Both the position numbers and the translations under genes were made by a program. From a virus (lineage: Duplodnaviria; Caudoviricetes), in the IMG/VR virus record IMGVR_UViG_3300025513_000519, positions 1 to 61,046 of that record: a DNA stretch of 61,046 bases, one strand, 5' to 3'. Shown here one piece after another: positions 9,911-19,515 of this stretch (within the stretch, counting starts at the first letter, position 1; each line of letters begins with the position of its first letter). The notes under the pieces are model-generated. The model had not been told where the DNA came from. It worked only from the letters and a program-made list of their open reading frames with translations, and ran no database searches.

Positions 9911-10949
9911 TTTGATATGCCTTATTTGCTGCACAGCTTCTTATACATCTGCTTAGATGCAATTTATGTGACGGATGCCAGCTTTCCTCTATTAGGGTTT
10001 TATACCAAGGATGCTGTAGTATTTCTTGTATTGAGTGATATCTTAAATTATTCCAGTTAGGTTCAAATTCATTTAATTTGTCTATTATGCCTTCGCTGTT
10101 TTTAAAATAACTATCCCATAAAAAACAACAAGGCCATAACGTTAAATCGCTGGCAATGAAGATTTCATCTTCATGCACGTACTTACATACAATGCTGTTG
10201 ACTACTTCGTTGATTTGTACATTATCAACTTCTTCAAACTTAGATTTTCTAATAAATTTTTCTAATTGCGCTACCTGGTCTTTTTTACTGTGCTCTTTGG
10301 CTCCAGTTGTTGTTATTACATATTTTTTTTCAACTAGTTGCTGTTCTTGTTTCTTTTTAAGTGTTGCAATCCACGAGTTGTAAGAATTTCTCATTCCTGT
10401 TCTAGTTGCAAATCTGAATCCTAGTTTTTGGGCATGTTCTTTTGCAGTGTTTAATTCATGCTCATTATGGTCAAATACAATATAAATCCATGTAGCATGG
10501 TAGTCAGGAGCATTGTCTGCAAATGCTTGCATATTTCTTTCGATAATGGAAAATTTTGTGTTTACTCTGTATATGTGATTAGTTTCTTTATGACCGTCTA
10601 AGCAAAAATGTATATGTACCAGGCCTGGGTTAGCACTTGCAATCTGTCCTAGTCGCGCCCACCATTCCGGACGTTGCACGCCGCCGTTGGTGCTAACTTC
10701 GCAATACCCGCCGCGCGACGAAAGATAGTCAATCATGTCAACGCAGCCCGTAACCATAGCAGGATCACCTAAAACTCCACAGAATTTAAACTGAACGTTT
10801 TCTATTTTAGACTTATCTGGAAATAGTGTTGTTATATCATCTAATGTAAAGCTATTAATTTCAACTTTTTCACTGTGTATAGTCCTAGCACAACCCGGAC
10901 AGGCTGCATTACAATCACTGGTTATTTCTAATTCTACTTTTTTAATCAT
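9891..10949 (-). CDS. Radical SAM protein (CGxLGDP subfamily) with C-terminal SPASM/twitch domain
   Basis: CNAACPGC, CGVLGDP in place of GGEP, C-terminal C..WPCC..CIRSC. Confidence 0.9.
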   Translation of the reverse strand: MIKKVELEITSDCNAACPGCARTIHSEKVEINSFTLDDITTLFPDKSKIENVQFKFCGVLGDPAMVTGCVDMIDYLSSRGGYCEVSTNGGVQRPEWWARLGQIASANPGLVHIHFCLDGHKETNHIYRVNTKFSIIERNMQAFADNAPDYHATWIYIVFDHNEHELNTAKEHAQKLGFRFATRTGMRNSYNSWIATLKKKQEQQLVEKKYVITTTGAKEHSKKDQVAQLEKFIRKSKFEEVDNVQINEVVNSIVCKYVHEDEIFIASDLTLWPCCFLWDSYFKNSEGIIDKLNEFEPNWNNLRYHSIQEILQHPWYKTLIEESWHPSHKLHLSRCIRSCAANKAYQNEINFQ

Positions 10950-10965
10950 TATATGTGTACTTTAC

Positions 10966-10981
10966 CATAAATATATTTATG
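10966..10981. promoter_or_regulatory. Palindromic bidirectional late-promoter element CATAAATATATTTATG
   Basis: Perfect 16-bp palindrome with ATAAATA on both strands, between divergent genes; it ends in the ATG of the plus-strand gene. Confidence 0.6.
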
Positions 10982-12226
10982 TTCAATTTATTTAATAAAG
11001 ATCCGTTAAAGAAATACGGATCTAATTTCTGCGCTGCGCCGTTCACAAGTTTGTACGAGGGACAGGTTAATCGTATTAGTACATGTTGTGCAACACGAAA
11101 TCCAATAGGATATAATGATAGTGTAACATCTTTTGAAGACATTGTCAACAGCAATGAAGCTAAAAGCATACGGAAAGATTTTTTAAACAATCAATTTCCG
11201 AAGCAATGCGACAGTTGTGCTCGTATGGAAGCAGCTACAGGAAAAATTAGCGGTGTTAGAGAACAAGTAAATAAATTTGGTGCTGCGCAGATTAAGACTG
11301 CTTTAAAAAATACATTACCAGACGGAACAATGATAAAGCAGACTCCTGCTTGGCTAGACTTGTTGTGGACAAATAAATGCAATTTTGCCTGTATGGGATG
11401 TAACAGTACTCTTAGTAGCACAATTGCACAAAAGTATAACAGTGCATACGAAATAGCAAATGGGCTCGAGCCCGGAAGTATGCCTACAGAAGAATGGCAA
11501 AATCACAATGATGCTAAAATAGATTATATACTACAACATCAAGATACTATCAATTGTATACACCTTAATGGAGGCGAACCTTTCATGCAAGAAGGAGTAT
11601 ATGAATTATTAGAAATATTATTAAAACATAACCTACATAAAAAAATTAAGATACGGGCACACACAAACGGTAGTATTGCTACATATAAAGGAGTTGATAT
11701 TGTAGATAGATATCTCAAGCACTGGCACGTAAATTGCAACATTATTATGAGTCATGACGGACACGGTGAGAGAGGCGAATATATAAGATTTGGGCTTAAA
11801 CAAAAAAAATGGTTAGAAACATATAACCGTCTTAGCGAAACAGGCATACAGATTGATGTGCAAACTTGTTATAGCGTTTTTAATGCTGTTGTGTTAGAAG
11901 AATTATATACATGGTATTTAGATAATATAAAAGTCAAGAACAATATTAGTATCAACCCTTGGCAAGATCCTGCTCCGTTTGCTGCAAACTTTTTACAAGT
12001 CAACCCAGAATTATTGCTTAGTGCAAACGCACAATTAGATAACTTACAAAAACAGAAATATCAAGGTTGGGATATAGCTATGTTAAAAAGTTTTTTAAAC
12101 GCTCCTGCAGAGGATTTACCAAAAAGTTCGAGAAATTTTGTAGCAGGCATTCACGAATTCGACAAGCTTAGAAAAACTGACTTTGCAAAAACGTTTCCTG
12201 AATTAAGGTGTTTACTTGAACTGTGA
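10979..12226 (+). CDS. Radical SAM protein with N-terminal SPASM/twitch-like Cys cluster (only plus-strand gene in the window)
   Basis: FCAAPF..TCC..CDSC, CNFACMGC, GGEP, C-terminal DKLRKTDFAKTFPEL; likely ATG at 10979 (MFNLFNK). Confidence 0.9.
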   Translation: MFNLFNKDPLKKYGSNFCAAPFTSLYEGQVNRISTCCATRNPIGYNDSVTSFEDIVNSNEAKSIRKDFLNNQFPKQCDSCARMEAATGKISGVREQVNKFGAAQIKTALKNTLPDGTMIKQTPAWLDLLWTNKCNFACMGCNSTLSSTIAQKYNSAYEIANGLEPGSMPTEEWQNHNDAKIDYILQHQDTINCIHLNGGEPFMQEGVYELLEILLKHNLHKKIKIRAHTNGSIATYKGVDIVDRYLKHWHVNCNIIMSHDGHGERGEYIRFGLKQKKWLETYNRLSETGIQIDVQTCYSVFNAVVLEELYTWYLDNIKVKNNISINPWQDPAPFAANFLQVNPELLLSANAQLDNLQKQKYQGWDIAMLKSFLNAPAEDLPKSSRNFVAGIHEFDKLRKTDFAKTFPELRCLLEL

Positions 12227-13291
12227 TCCAAATGGATCAAATTCTTTACCGCATTTCATACTGCAAACTTTTAGTTTACCTTCTGCAACGCTGGCTTTGT
12301 TCCAACTTTCTTCAATACGATCAAATATACCAGTTTCAAATACAGAACGTAAACCATGCTTCTTAGCATTGACAGTATCTTTGCCACCTGCTGCATCTAT
12401 AAAGTCCCATATCTGTTCTTGTTTAGGATCTTTATGCCACCATTTATACATTCTACCGGCTGTCCAACAGCAAGGCATTGCTAATCCTTCTGCTGTAATA
12501 AACAGGTTGCCTTCATCTTTTACCTTGCAGTGTATTTCAGCACGGTCGTAATATGCATCCATAGTGCCATGCTTTTCTTTAACAGCATCGTATTGCTTCA
12601 ATGCAGTGTTTTGATACTTAGCGTCTGGTTTTTTTATTTCTGCTGTTTTTTCGCCCTTGCGATTTACAGCTTGGTGACTTTCTTTCTTTTCACTTGTAGC
12701 AGTAACAAAGCGTCCGGTCTTTTTAGCAACAAACTTTTCAAATCCCATTGTTTGACTCAGTTCTTCTGCTTCATCTACTTGATGTTGATTGTGCTCAAAT
12801 ATTAAAAAGTCCCAACGTGCTCTGCCACCTGCTGCAATGAACGCTTTCATGCTGCGATAGACATTATCCCAAACAACTCCTTGGCGATATATGTGATTGG
12901 TGTCTTCTAATCCGTCTACGCTAAAAATAACTGAGCCCATACGACCAAACACACCTGCAAGTTCTTGCCACCATTCTGCACTCTTGGCTCCGGCGTTAGT
13001 GTTCATACTCAGCCACATGTCTTTGTTGTGTTCTCTAAAATACTTGAATATTTCTAATGTGTCTCTTGCTACAATAGGATCGCCCAAGTTACCACACATA
13101 TACATGGTTTTAAGCTGTGCGATAAACTCTGGTTCAAATATACGTTTGCAATCATCGAGTGTAAGTTCGCTTAAATCAATATGAGGATTTAGGGCGCCAC
13201 CGTTCTGATTACGGTCACACATAGGACAACTGGCTTGACAGTTTTGTGTGTTTTCTAAGTGTATGGTTTTTATATTTTCGTACTTATACAT
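12212..13291 (-). CDS. Radical SAM protein (CGxLGDP subfamily) with C-terminal SPASM/twitch domain
   Basis: CQASCPMC, CGNLGDP, C-terminal HC..MPCC..CSMKC; paralogue of 9891-10949. Confidence 0.92.
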   Translation of the reverse strand: MYKYENIKTIHLENTQNCQASCPMCDRNQNGGALNPHIDLSELTLDDCKRIFEPEFIAQLKTMYMCGNLGDPIVARDTLEIFKYFREHNKDMWLSMNTNAGAKSAEWWQELAGVFGRMGSVIFSVDGLEDTNHIYRQGVVWDNVYRSMKAFIAAGGRARWDFLIFEHNQHQVDEAEELSQTMGFEKFVAKKTGRFVTATSEKKESHQAVNRKGEKTAEIKKPDAKYQNTALKQYDAVKEKHGTMDAYYDRAEIHCKVKDEGNLFITAEGLAMPCCWTAGRMYKWWHKDPKQEQIWDFIDAAGGKDTVNAKKHGLRSVFETGIFDRIEESWNKASVAEGKLKVCSMKCGKEFDPFGSQFK

Positions 13292-13508
13292 CGTATACCA
13301 GTTTTATATCCTTGCCAGGGCCTGTTTTACTAGGAAGATCGCCATATTCTTTTACATACCAGTCTATTACAGCACGATACCAACGTTGACTATCATGGTG
13401 CGCTTCTTTGTTAAACTGCCAAATGTTATTGTTTGTGGCTTCTATAGTGCTCAACGCTCTTGCGCTTTCTTTTTGCAACTCTCGCAAACTTAAATTATCG
13501 ATATCCAA
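13284..13508 (-). CDS. Small hypothetical protein (74 aa)
   Basis: ATG start, overlaps both neighbours (translational coupling), protein-like composition. Confidence 0.7.
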   Translation of the reverse strand: MDIDNLSLRELQKESARALSTIEATNNNIWQFNKEAHHDSQRWYRAVIDWYVKEYGDLPSKTGPGKDIKLVYDV

Positions 13509-14472
13509 TTCTCATAAACCTCTTATATGTTCCAAGACCTAATTCGCCGCTGTACAATTCAACAGTTAGAGGAGTTTGTTTTGCAAAACTTTCAAGCGTG
13601 TCATGCGTATTTACGTGTTCTTTGATTTCTTTAAAATCATTGCATTGCATTACAACAAACTTTCCTTCGGGTATTTTATCATACCATTGTTCAAAATTAT
13701 CTATATGTTCACAGCTGGTATTAATTATTGTATCTGGTGAATCATACAGTGTTTTAAAGTCGCCATCAGTTTTTGTAACTATGTAAGCATGTTCTCTAAA
13801 ATTGATATCACGAATGTCTTGTACAACAGGTTTAAATTTCCAGTTGTTTATAACCCAAGGCCTATTAAAAATTTCTGCTATGGTTTTTGTGGTTTCATCA
13901 ATGTCAAAACTGCGTATTTTTTCTATACTTAGTCCTGATTCAAAAAGCATTGTAGCAAGAGTGCCATACCATCCTGCACACAAAAACACTACGCCAAGAT
14001 CAATGCCTATTTTTTTTAATTCATGAACCAGCCACAGCTTGCTTCTAAGTTGACCTCTGCTAAAGCAATCTTCGTCAAACTCGATGTTTTGTTCATTCAT
14101 AAATTTAAATGCGTAAATAAAATTTGTATCTATATATTGCTGTAATAGTCTCCAAAGACTATAAATGTTATCGTTTAAGATTAAACTTTTTAAATCATCG
14201 TGTTCGATCAATCGAAAAATGCTGTGTAAGTTTTGATCTAATACTGCTTTGCGTAGATCTTCTAAATCGCCTACGATTCTTTTGTTATCCACACAACGAA
14301 AAATGCTATGAATATTTTTTTCTACAATTGCTTTGCGCAATTCGTCATCGGCATTGGCTAACTTAAAAATACTGTACATATCACGATCAATATATGCTCT
14401 ACGTAAATCAGCGAGACCTTCGTTTGTCGAACCTATTAGCTCAAATCTATCTAGTATTTTATAAATTTCCAT
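13495..14472 (-). CDS. Class I SAM-dependent methyltransferase with N-terminal helical repeats
   Basis: VFLCAGWYG glycine motif, SFDID acidic motif, IINTSCEH; four LxxL(R/K)xAxxxxNxxSIFRL-like repeats at the N-terminus. Confidence 0.75.
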   Translation of the reverse strand: MEIYKILDRFELIGSTNEGLADLRRAYIDRDMYSIFKLANADDELRKAIVEKNIHSIFRCVDNKRIVGDLEDLRKAVLDQNLHSIFRLIEHDDLKSLILNDNIYSLWRLLQQYIDTNFIYAFKFMNEQNIEFDEDCFSRGQLRSKLWLVHELKKIGIDLGVVFLCAGWYGTLATMLFESGLSIEKIRSFDIDETTKTIAEIFNRPWVINNWKFKPVVQDIRDINFREHAYIVTKTDGDFKTLYDSPDTIINTSCEHIDNFEQWYDKIPEGKFVVMQCNDFKEIKEHVNTHDTLESFAKQTPLTVELYSGELGLGTYKRFMRIGYR

Positions 14473-15520
14473 CAAACCGATCCTTTAACCAATCAAAGTC
14501 GTTTATTTTTTTAAGTGCTTCAATGTTACCGTTGTTAGCACTACCATAAGCCATTCCTGCTTTTGCACCCGAGATTGCATGTTCTCCAAATGCTTTGTCT
14601 TTGCCTATTGTTGTCCAAATTTTTAGCCTAAGTTCAGTTTCGTCGTCTTTTTGCCGATCAATTACTTTGCTAGATAGCTTACAACATTCTCTAAACGAAC
14701 TACGCCATGTGCTGAATGCATCTACGTTAAATGCAGTAATGTTGGATATTTCTTTTACTGCTACAAACTTATCGCTTATGCTGGTGGTCATATCCGGTTT
14801 GTTAGTGTCCATGCTTTGTGTAAGCTGTGTTGGAAACAACTTTATGCCGCCATAGCCGTATATAAGTCCGTTGATTGGATTTTTGCTGCGCCATACGTGT
14901 ACATGATTGTATTGCCATGCTGGCACCTGATAATCAAAGTTAAAACTTTCTACTATTTCTGCATCGCCGTCTACTATCCAAAACATCGGCGTGTTGCAGA
15001 GTTTGGCAGCAGCAATATGTGCCTGATGAATACCTTTTACACCATGTACACGCTTTGCAGTTGGTACTTTTTCCAATAACTTGGCATAATTTTCGTCAGC
15101 ATTTGGTTCTTGATAACTGATAAAAACAATATCGTAAGTGTTTGGCATACTAGCAACAGTATTGTGTTCTTTTTTACCTGCAATAAATTTAAATTGCCAT
15201 TCTCTAGCACTAATTTTCAAGTACTTACTACAAAGTATAACTCCGTCATGGTATTTGCCGTTTAAAAACACATGATTGATTCTTCTGTCGTATTGGTTGT
15301 GATGATCAATAGTCCAGTTAAAATCAAAACTAGTTTCCAAAGTTACTGTATTAGGAACTATCCAAAAAAGATCTTGCTTTGAAGTTTCAAGTGCCTGAAC
15401 ATATTGATCATATGTGTCGGCATAAAAAATTTCGTACGGCCTAGGATAACTAGCTACAATCTCAATTTCTTTTGTTATTTCATCAATACGCTTGATTTCT
15501 TCGCTTTCGCTACGTTCCAT
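14459..15520 (-). CDS. GT-A glycosyltransferase-like protein with a degenerate upstream repeat; N-terminus possibly chimeric
   Basis: YDIVFISYQEPNAD..RVHGVKGIHQAH..FWIVDGD (DxD); the C-terminal domain closely parallels 17075-17761. Confidence 0.75.
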   Translation of the reverse strand: MERSESEEIKRIDEITKEIEIVASYPRPYEIFYADTYDQYVQALETSKQDLFWIVPNTVTLETSFDFNWTIDHHNQYDRRINHVFLNGKYHDGVILCSKYLKISAREWQFKFIAGKKEHNTVASMPNTYDIVFISYQEPNADENYAKLLEKVPTAKRVHGVKGIHQAHIAAAKLCNTPMFWIVDGDAEIVESFNFDYQVPAWQYNHVHVWRSKNPINGLIYGYGGIKLFPTQLTQSMDTNKPDMTTSISDKFVAVKEISNITAFNVDAFSTWRSSFRECCKLSSKVIDRQKDDETELRLKIWTTIGKDKAFGEHAISGAKAGMAYGSANNGNIEALKKINDFDWLKDRFDGNL

Positions 15521-16449
15521 TATACTTCTCTATCTAAAAATTGTTTGCTGTTATCGCGAGCAGGATTTTGATACACAGTTTTAAAGAATCTACTGCCGCC
15601 CGCATCAAACGGTGTTTCCGCAATAGGAATGTTTAACTCATTGATTAGTAGCGCACCCATATCTTCAACACGGTCAGGAAGTTCTTCTTCTGTAATTGGT
15701 GCAATCTCTGTGTTGTAAAAATCGTTTAGATATTCAAAATCACGAACATTTACAAAGTCCCAGTCAGTACACATAGTACGCCATAGGCCTTCTCTTGCTC
15801 CGTAGATAGCCCACATGCCGTTTTCTACATCTGCACCTATCATAAGCCAAATGTATAAACGATGCAAGTTCTTCCAATGATTTTTATGAAAGTCTTCTAT
15901 GTTTACACGCATACCTCTATCCAGTGCCATTTTGACACCTTCGCGGAAACCAGCACGCCATGCTTGCTTTGGACTAGCGTTGTTGTATATATCGCTGAAT
16001 GTACCATTCATTTGGATGTATTCAGTGTTCCAACAAAAATCTACCTGTGCATGAATGTTGTCAGGATCGGCATTTTCGTGTGTACGCATATCCAACACGT
16101 ATTCTTTAGGCCAGCATTTTAATCCGCCGTTGCCGTATGATAATCCGTTGATAGCATTTTTTGCAGTCCAACTGATTACTTTATTTGTTAAGTCGACGTT
16201 GGTATCAAAGTCAATGCTTTGGCTGAGAAAGTCGTCTCGTATTCTATTGTCGCCGTCAACTGTGATAAATCTGTCTGTTTCGCTTAAATTTGCCGCTGCT
16301 TTGTGAGCGCTGTCGCTGCCTTTTACTCCATGCACACGTTTTGCCCATGGCACTTTTTTACAAAGGTCTGCGTAATTTTGTTCAGCGTTGGGTTCGTCAT
16401 AACTTAGATATACAATATCATAGTCAATAACCCTAAATGTTTTAGCCAT
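15520..16449 (-). CDS. GT-A glycosyltransferase-like protein
   Basis: YDIVYLSYDEPNAE..RVHGVKGSD..FITVDGDN; close paralogue of 22246-23175. Confidence 0.78.
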   Translation of the reverse strand: MAKTFRVIDYDIVYLSYDEPNAEQNYADLCKKVPWAKRVHGVKGSDSAHKAAANLSETDRFITVDGDNRIRDDFLSQSIDFDTNVDLTNKVISWTAKNAINGLSYGNGGLKCWPKEYVLDMRTHENADPDNIHAQVDFCWNTEYIQMNGTFSDIYNNASPKQAWRAGFREGVKMALDRGMRVNIEDFHKNHWKNLHRLYIWLMIGADVENGMWAIYGAREGLWRTMCTDWDFVNVRDFEYLNDFYNTEIAPITEEELPDRVEDMGALLINELNIPIAETPFDAGGSRFFKTVYQNPARDNSKQFLDREV

Positions 16450-16636
16450 CAATTACCTCATAAGCATATGTAGAGAACTTACGAACAGTATATATTGATA
16501 AAGACAATGTGTCAATTTCAAAGTCGTGATTAAACGGTACTATATATTCGTTGTCTTGTTTATTAAATTTTAAAAGTCTATAAAGTATATTAGGATCATG
16601 TTTTTTTGTAACACTGTAATATTGTGCTGTAGACAT
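16442..16636 (-). pseudogene. C-terminal remnant of a homologue of the 244-aa protein at 23172-23906
   Basis: YSVTKKHDPNILYR..IVPFNHDFE..LSIYT..FSTYAY aligns with LSVTKKDDPNILYR..IIPFKFDFE..VSIYT..FKSYSY; the N-terminal part is absent. Confidence 0.75.
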
Positions 16637-17106
16637 TTATCACCAAACTCTTCTTCTTGTGCAAATTCTGCATGGTAGCTGGCTGTTATGCTTCTACGCT
16701 GTAATGTTTTGGTATTTTCTAGCCAGCGTTCCCACCACTTAGTGCCAGGGCTTAGATTAGTGGTCATATGCAGACTTTGATATTCAACTTCGTTGTCGTT
16801 TGCATAATGCTCTATTATCTTATCAAAGTGTTTATACGCTGTAGGTTCGCCGCCACTGAAACTGAAGTGAAAATCAGTGAAGTTATTTGCACGGGCTTGT
16901 GCCTTGATACTATCCACTGTGTGTAAGTACAATTCTAAATCTTGGTGGTCGGGGGTACTAGATCTAGCGTAAGGCCAGCAATAACTGCACGAATAATTAC
17001 AAAATCTAGCCAAGATCCACGAAACTGTAAAAAGACGACCTTTTAGCATAGTCTCTTGCCCAAATTCTGTTATATCATTCCAGGGTATTTTTTGAAAACT
17101 GTTCAT
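16570..17106 (-). pseudogene. C-terminally truncated radical SAM gene
   Basis: WILARFCNYSCSYCWPYAR..SGGEP aligns with the 1-656 paralogue up to EFGDKCLQ, then ends in 22 unrelated residues (no VTINxVM strand, no C-terminal Cys cluster). Confidence 0.75.
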
Positions 17107-17761
17107 ACATCCAATCAAAATCGTTTATTAGTTTAAGTGCTTCTGTATTAATTTTATTTTTTACGCCGTATTCAAAACCTGCGTTGGCACCAGCAATTGC
17201 ATATTTGCCGAACGGCCTGTTTTCTCCTACAGTTTTCCAGGCAAGTAATCTTTCTTCAGTTTCTATATTATTTTGTCGATCTATAATCTTACTAGACAAT
17301 TTGACACATTCTCTAAACGCACTACGCCATGCACTAAACGAATCCGTGTTAAATGCAGTAATGTTAGATATTTTTGACATAGATTTAAATTTATTTGTAA
17401 TACTAGTAGTCATGTCAGGTTTTGATGTATCCATATCAATAGCAAGATGTCTAGGAAATAATTTTACACCACCGTAGCCGTACACTAAATCATTTACGGG
17501 ATTTTGACTTCTCCATACATGAACAGCGTCTTGATCCCAGTCTGATACTAGATAGTCAAAGTTAAAGTCGTCGACTATTAATGCATCAGCATCAACGATC
17601 CAAAACATTTTAGTAAAGCAACGCTTTGCTGCGGCAATGTGTGCTTGATGTATACCTTTGACGCCGTGGACACGTTTTACTGATGGAAATCTAGCCTTTA
17701 GGGCAGCGTAGTTAGCATCTGCGTTAGGTTCTCGATAACTTATGAATACAATATCATACAT
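17075..17761 (-). CDS. GT-A glycosyltransferase-like protein
   Basis: MYDIVFISYREPNAD..RVHGVKGIHQAH..FWIVDAD (DxD)..GYGGVKLFP. Confidence 0.78.
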   Translation of the reverse strand: MYDIVFISYREPNADANYAALKARFPSVKRVHGVKGIHQAHIAAAKRCFTKMFWIVDADALIVDDFNFDYLVSDWDQDAVHVWRSQNPVNDLVYGYGGVKLFPRHLAIDMDTSKPDMTTSITNKFKSMSKISNITAFNTDSFSAWRSAFRECVKLSSKIIDRQNNIETEERLLAWKTVGENRPFGKYAIAGANAGFEYGVKNKINTEALKLINDFDWMYEQFSKNTLE

Positions 17762-17767
17762 ACTTAA

Positions 17768-18529
17768 TTATAACAATCCTATCTTTTTCATTTCTTTCTC
17801 TAATACGTCTGCCCATATTTCATGACCGTTTTCTAAATAGTGATACCATCTATCGCCATCTCTTGGATCTAATTTATATTTGTGTTGTAACGACTGAAAA
17901 TAACTGTCCTCTGAACTGAACGGCAATCTGTAATAAAGATCGTTCTCTACTTCTTTAAATCCTGTCAAATCAACTGTGTTATCATTAAAGAAATTAGTAG
18001 GATCATTATTAGGATAGTTAATTCCGTCTATTGCATTAAAGGCGTAGTATTTGATACCTTTGTTACGAAGATAACCCGACAGCAACTGATGTCTTACTAC
18101 ATGAGCATTACATAAAACATCATAATCTACAAATCTTGTCCATAACTTATAAAATTTTCTAATATCACTGGTTGCATAGGTTTTCCAATCTTTAGCAAGG
18201 TGTTGATTAAGTGTCCATCCCCAATATGTATTGTTTTGAATTACATAATCTCTCGAAAAACTAGACCATCCTATTAGTACTATTATATCTTCTGGAAGAA
18301 TACCTGTTGCAGTAAGCCTATTGATATTTTTTACAATACTTGATTCGATTAATCTATTTGAGGCGCCAACAGATGCTATGTTTACCATCTGCATATTATT
18401 TCTTACTGCTATCTTATTACCGAAACATTTCTCTAAATTTTTTGGATCTTCTCTACCAGATCCTACACTCATTATTTCTGATCCGCACGAATGACTACAT
18501 CCAGCAACTAATAATATTTTTGACATCAT
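17768..18529 (-). CDS. SGNH/GDSL-like hydrolase or acyltransferase
   Basis: Block I-like VAGCSHSCG, block II GASN, C-terminal HYLENGHEIWA. Confidence 0.6.
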   Translation of the reverse strand: MMSKILLVAGCSHSCGSEIMSVGSGREDPKNLEKCFGNKIAVRNNMQMVNIASVGASNRLIESSIVKNINRLTATGILPEDIIVLIGWSSFSRDYVIQNNTYWGWTLNQHLAKDWKTYATSDIRKFYKLWTRFVDYDVLCNAHVVRHQLLSGYLRNKGIKYYAFNAIDGINYPNNDPTNFFNDNTVDLTGFKEVENDLYYRLPFSSEDSYFQSLQHKYKLDPRDGDRWYHYLENGHEIWADVLEKEMKKIGLL

Positions 18530-19515
18530 TTAATTTCCTTTGATAATAAAATATCCGCAGCACAGTGACATTCATTTTTATTACATATTATACTGGTTGT
18601 TGGCCAATCTACACTGGTATTTATATTTCCAATATTGCCGCCGACTGCACAATTGCCTCGATGTACTCTGCCGTCGTAATGTACAAACAGACTTTCTAAT
18701 CCTACATTACAAGTCCATCCTTCAAAATTAGTGTTTTGTGAGTTTGTTAACCCACTTACAAACTCGTATGAGAAGTCTTCTTTAGTATTTGATACATCTA
18801 CTATTTCTGATCGGATATTAATATTCCTGTAAGTAGAAGGTAATGTAGCCCATCGTTGAATTATCGGAGTTTCATTTAAAAGTTTATCTTGCTCTGCTGT
18901 GTAATTTATTACACAGAACGGGTCGCCAATTCCAAAATTATCTAAAATCCTTACAATTTCTAAAGAGATCATCAAATCACTATCCTTAAGCCTATTATAA
19001 AACGCTATGCATTTGTCCCAGTGATCAGGGTGCATCATTACACGAACTGTTACTCCGGTTAATTTTGAAGTTACTGCAATTTTTTCAAAAAATAGATCTT
19101 CATCGTTCTGTGTTAACATAAACTCAGGATGATAACTACAACCGATACTAGACATTTTAGACGCTATTTTGCCCCACCATTGTACTGATTTTGCTAAATT
19201 AGTCGTAAGTGTTACTGAGCCGCCTCGATCATAAATCAAATCTACCATTTCTTTAAAGAAAGGACTTATCGACGGCTCGCCGCCTGCTATACTAAAATGC
19301 AATTTACCGTATCGATCGAAACATTCATTGATAAACTCTTTAGCAGTATTCCATTCATAATGATGATTTTTTCCTGTATGCAAATCAGCAGGGCAATATG
19401 AACAACTATTTGTACATATATTATTAATTACCCAGGTTATTACTACAGAATCCGAAAGATTAATTATTTTATTATAATGTTTTCCGTTATAATTAATCAG
19501 TGCTGCTTTACTCAT
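18526..19515 (-). CDS. Radical SAM protein with C-terminal Cys cluster
   Basis: WVINNICTNSCSYCP, GGEP, FEGWTC..GNC..CNKNECHC. Confidence 0.9.
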   Translation of the reverse strand: MSKAALINYNGKHYNKIINLSDSVVITWVINNICTNSCSYCPADLHTGKNHHYEWNTAKEFINECFDRYGKLHFSIAGGEPSISPFFKEMVDLIYDRGGSVTLTTNLAKSVQWWGKIASKMSSIGCSYHPEFMLTQNDEDLFFEKIAVTSKLTGVTVRVMMHPDHWDKCIAFYNRLKDSDLMISLEIVRILDNFGIGDPFCVINYTAEQDKLLNETPIIQRWATLPSTYRNINIRSEIVDVSNTKEDFSYEFVSGLTNSQNTNFEGWTCNVGLESLFVHYDGRVHRGNCAVGGNIGNINTSVDWPTTSIICNKNECHCAADILLSKEIK

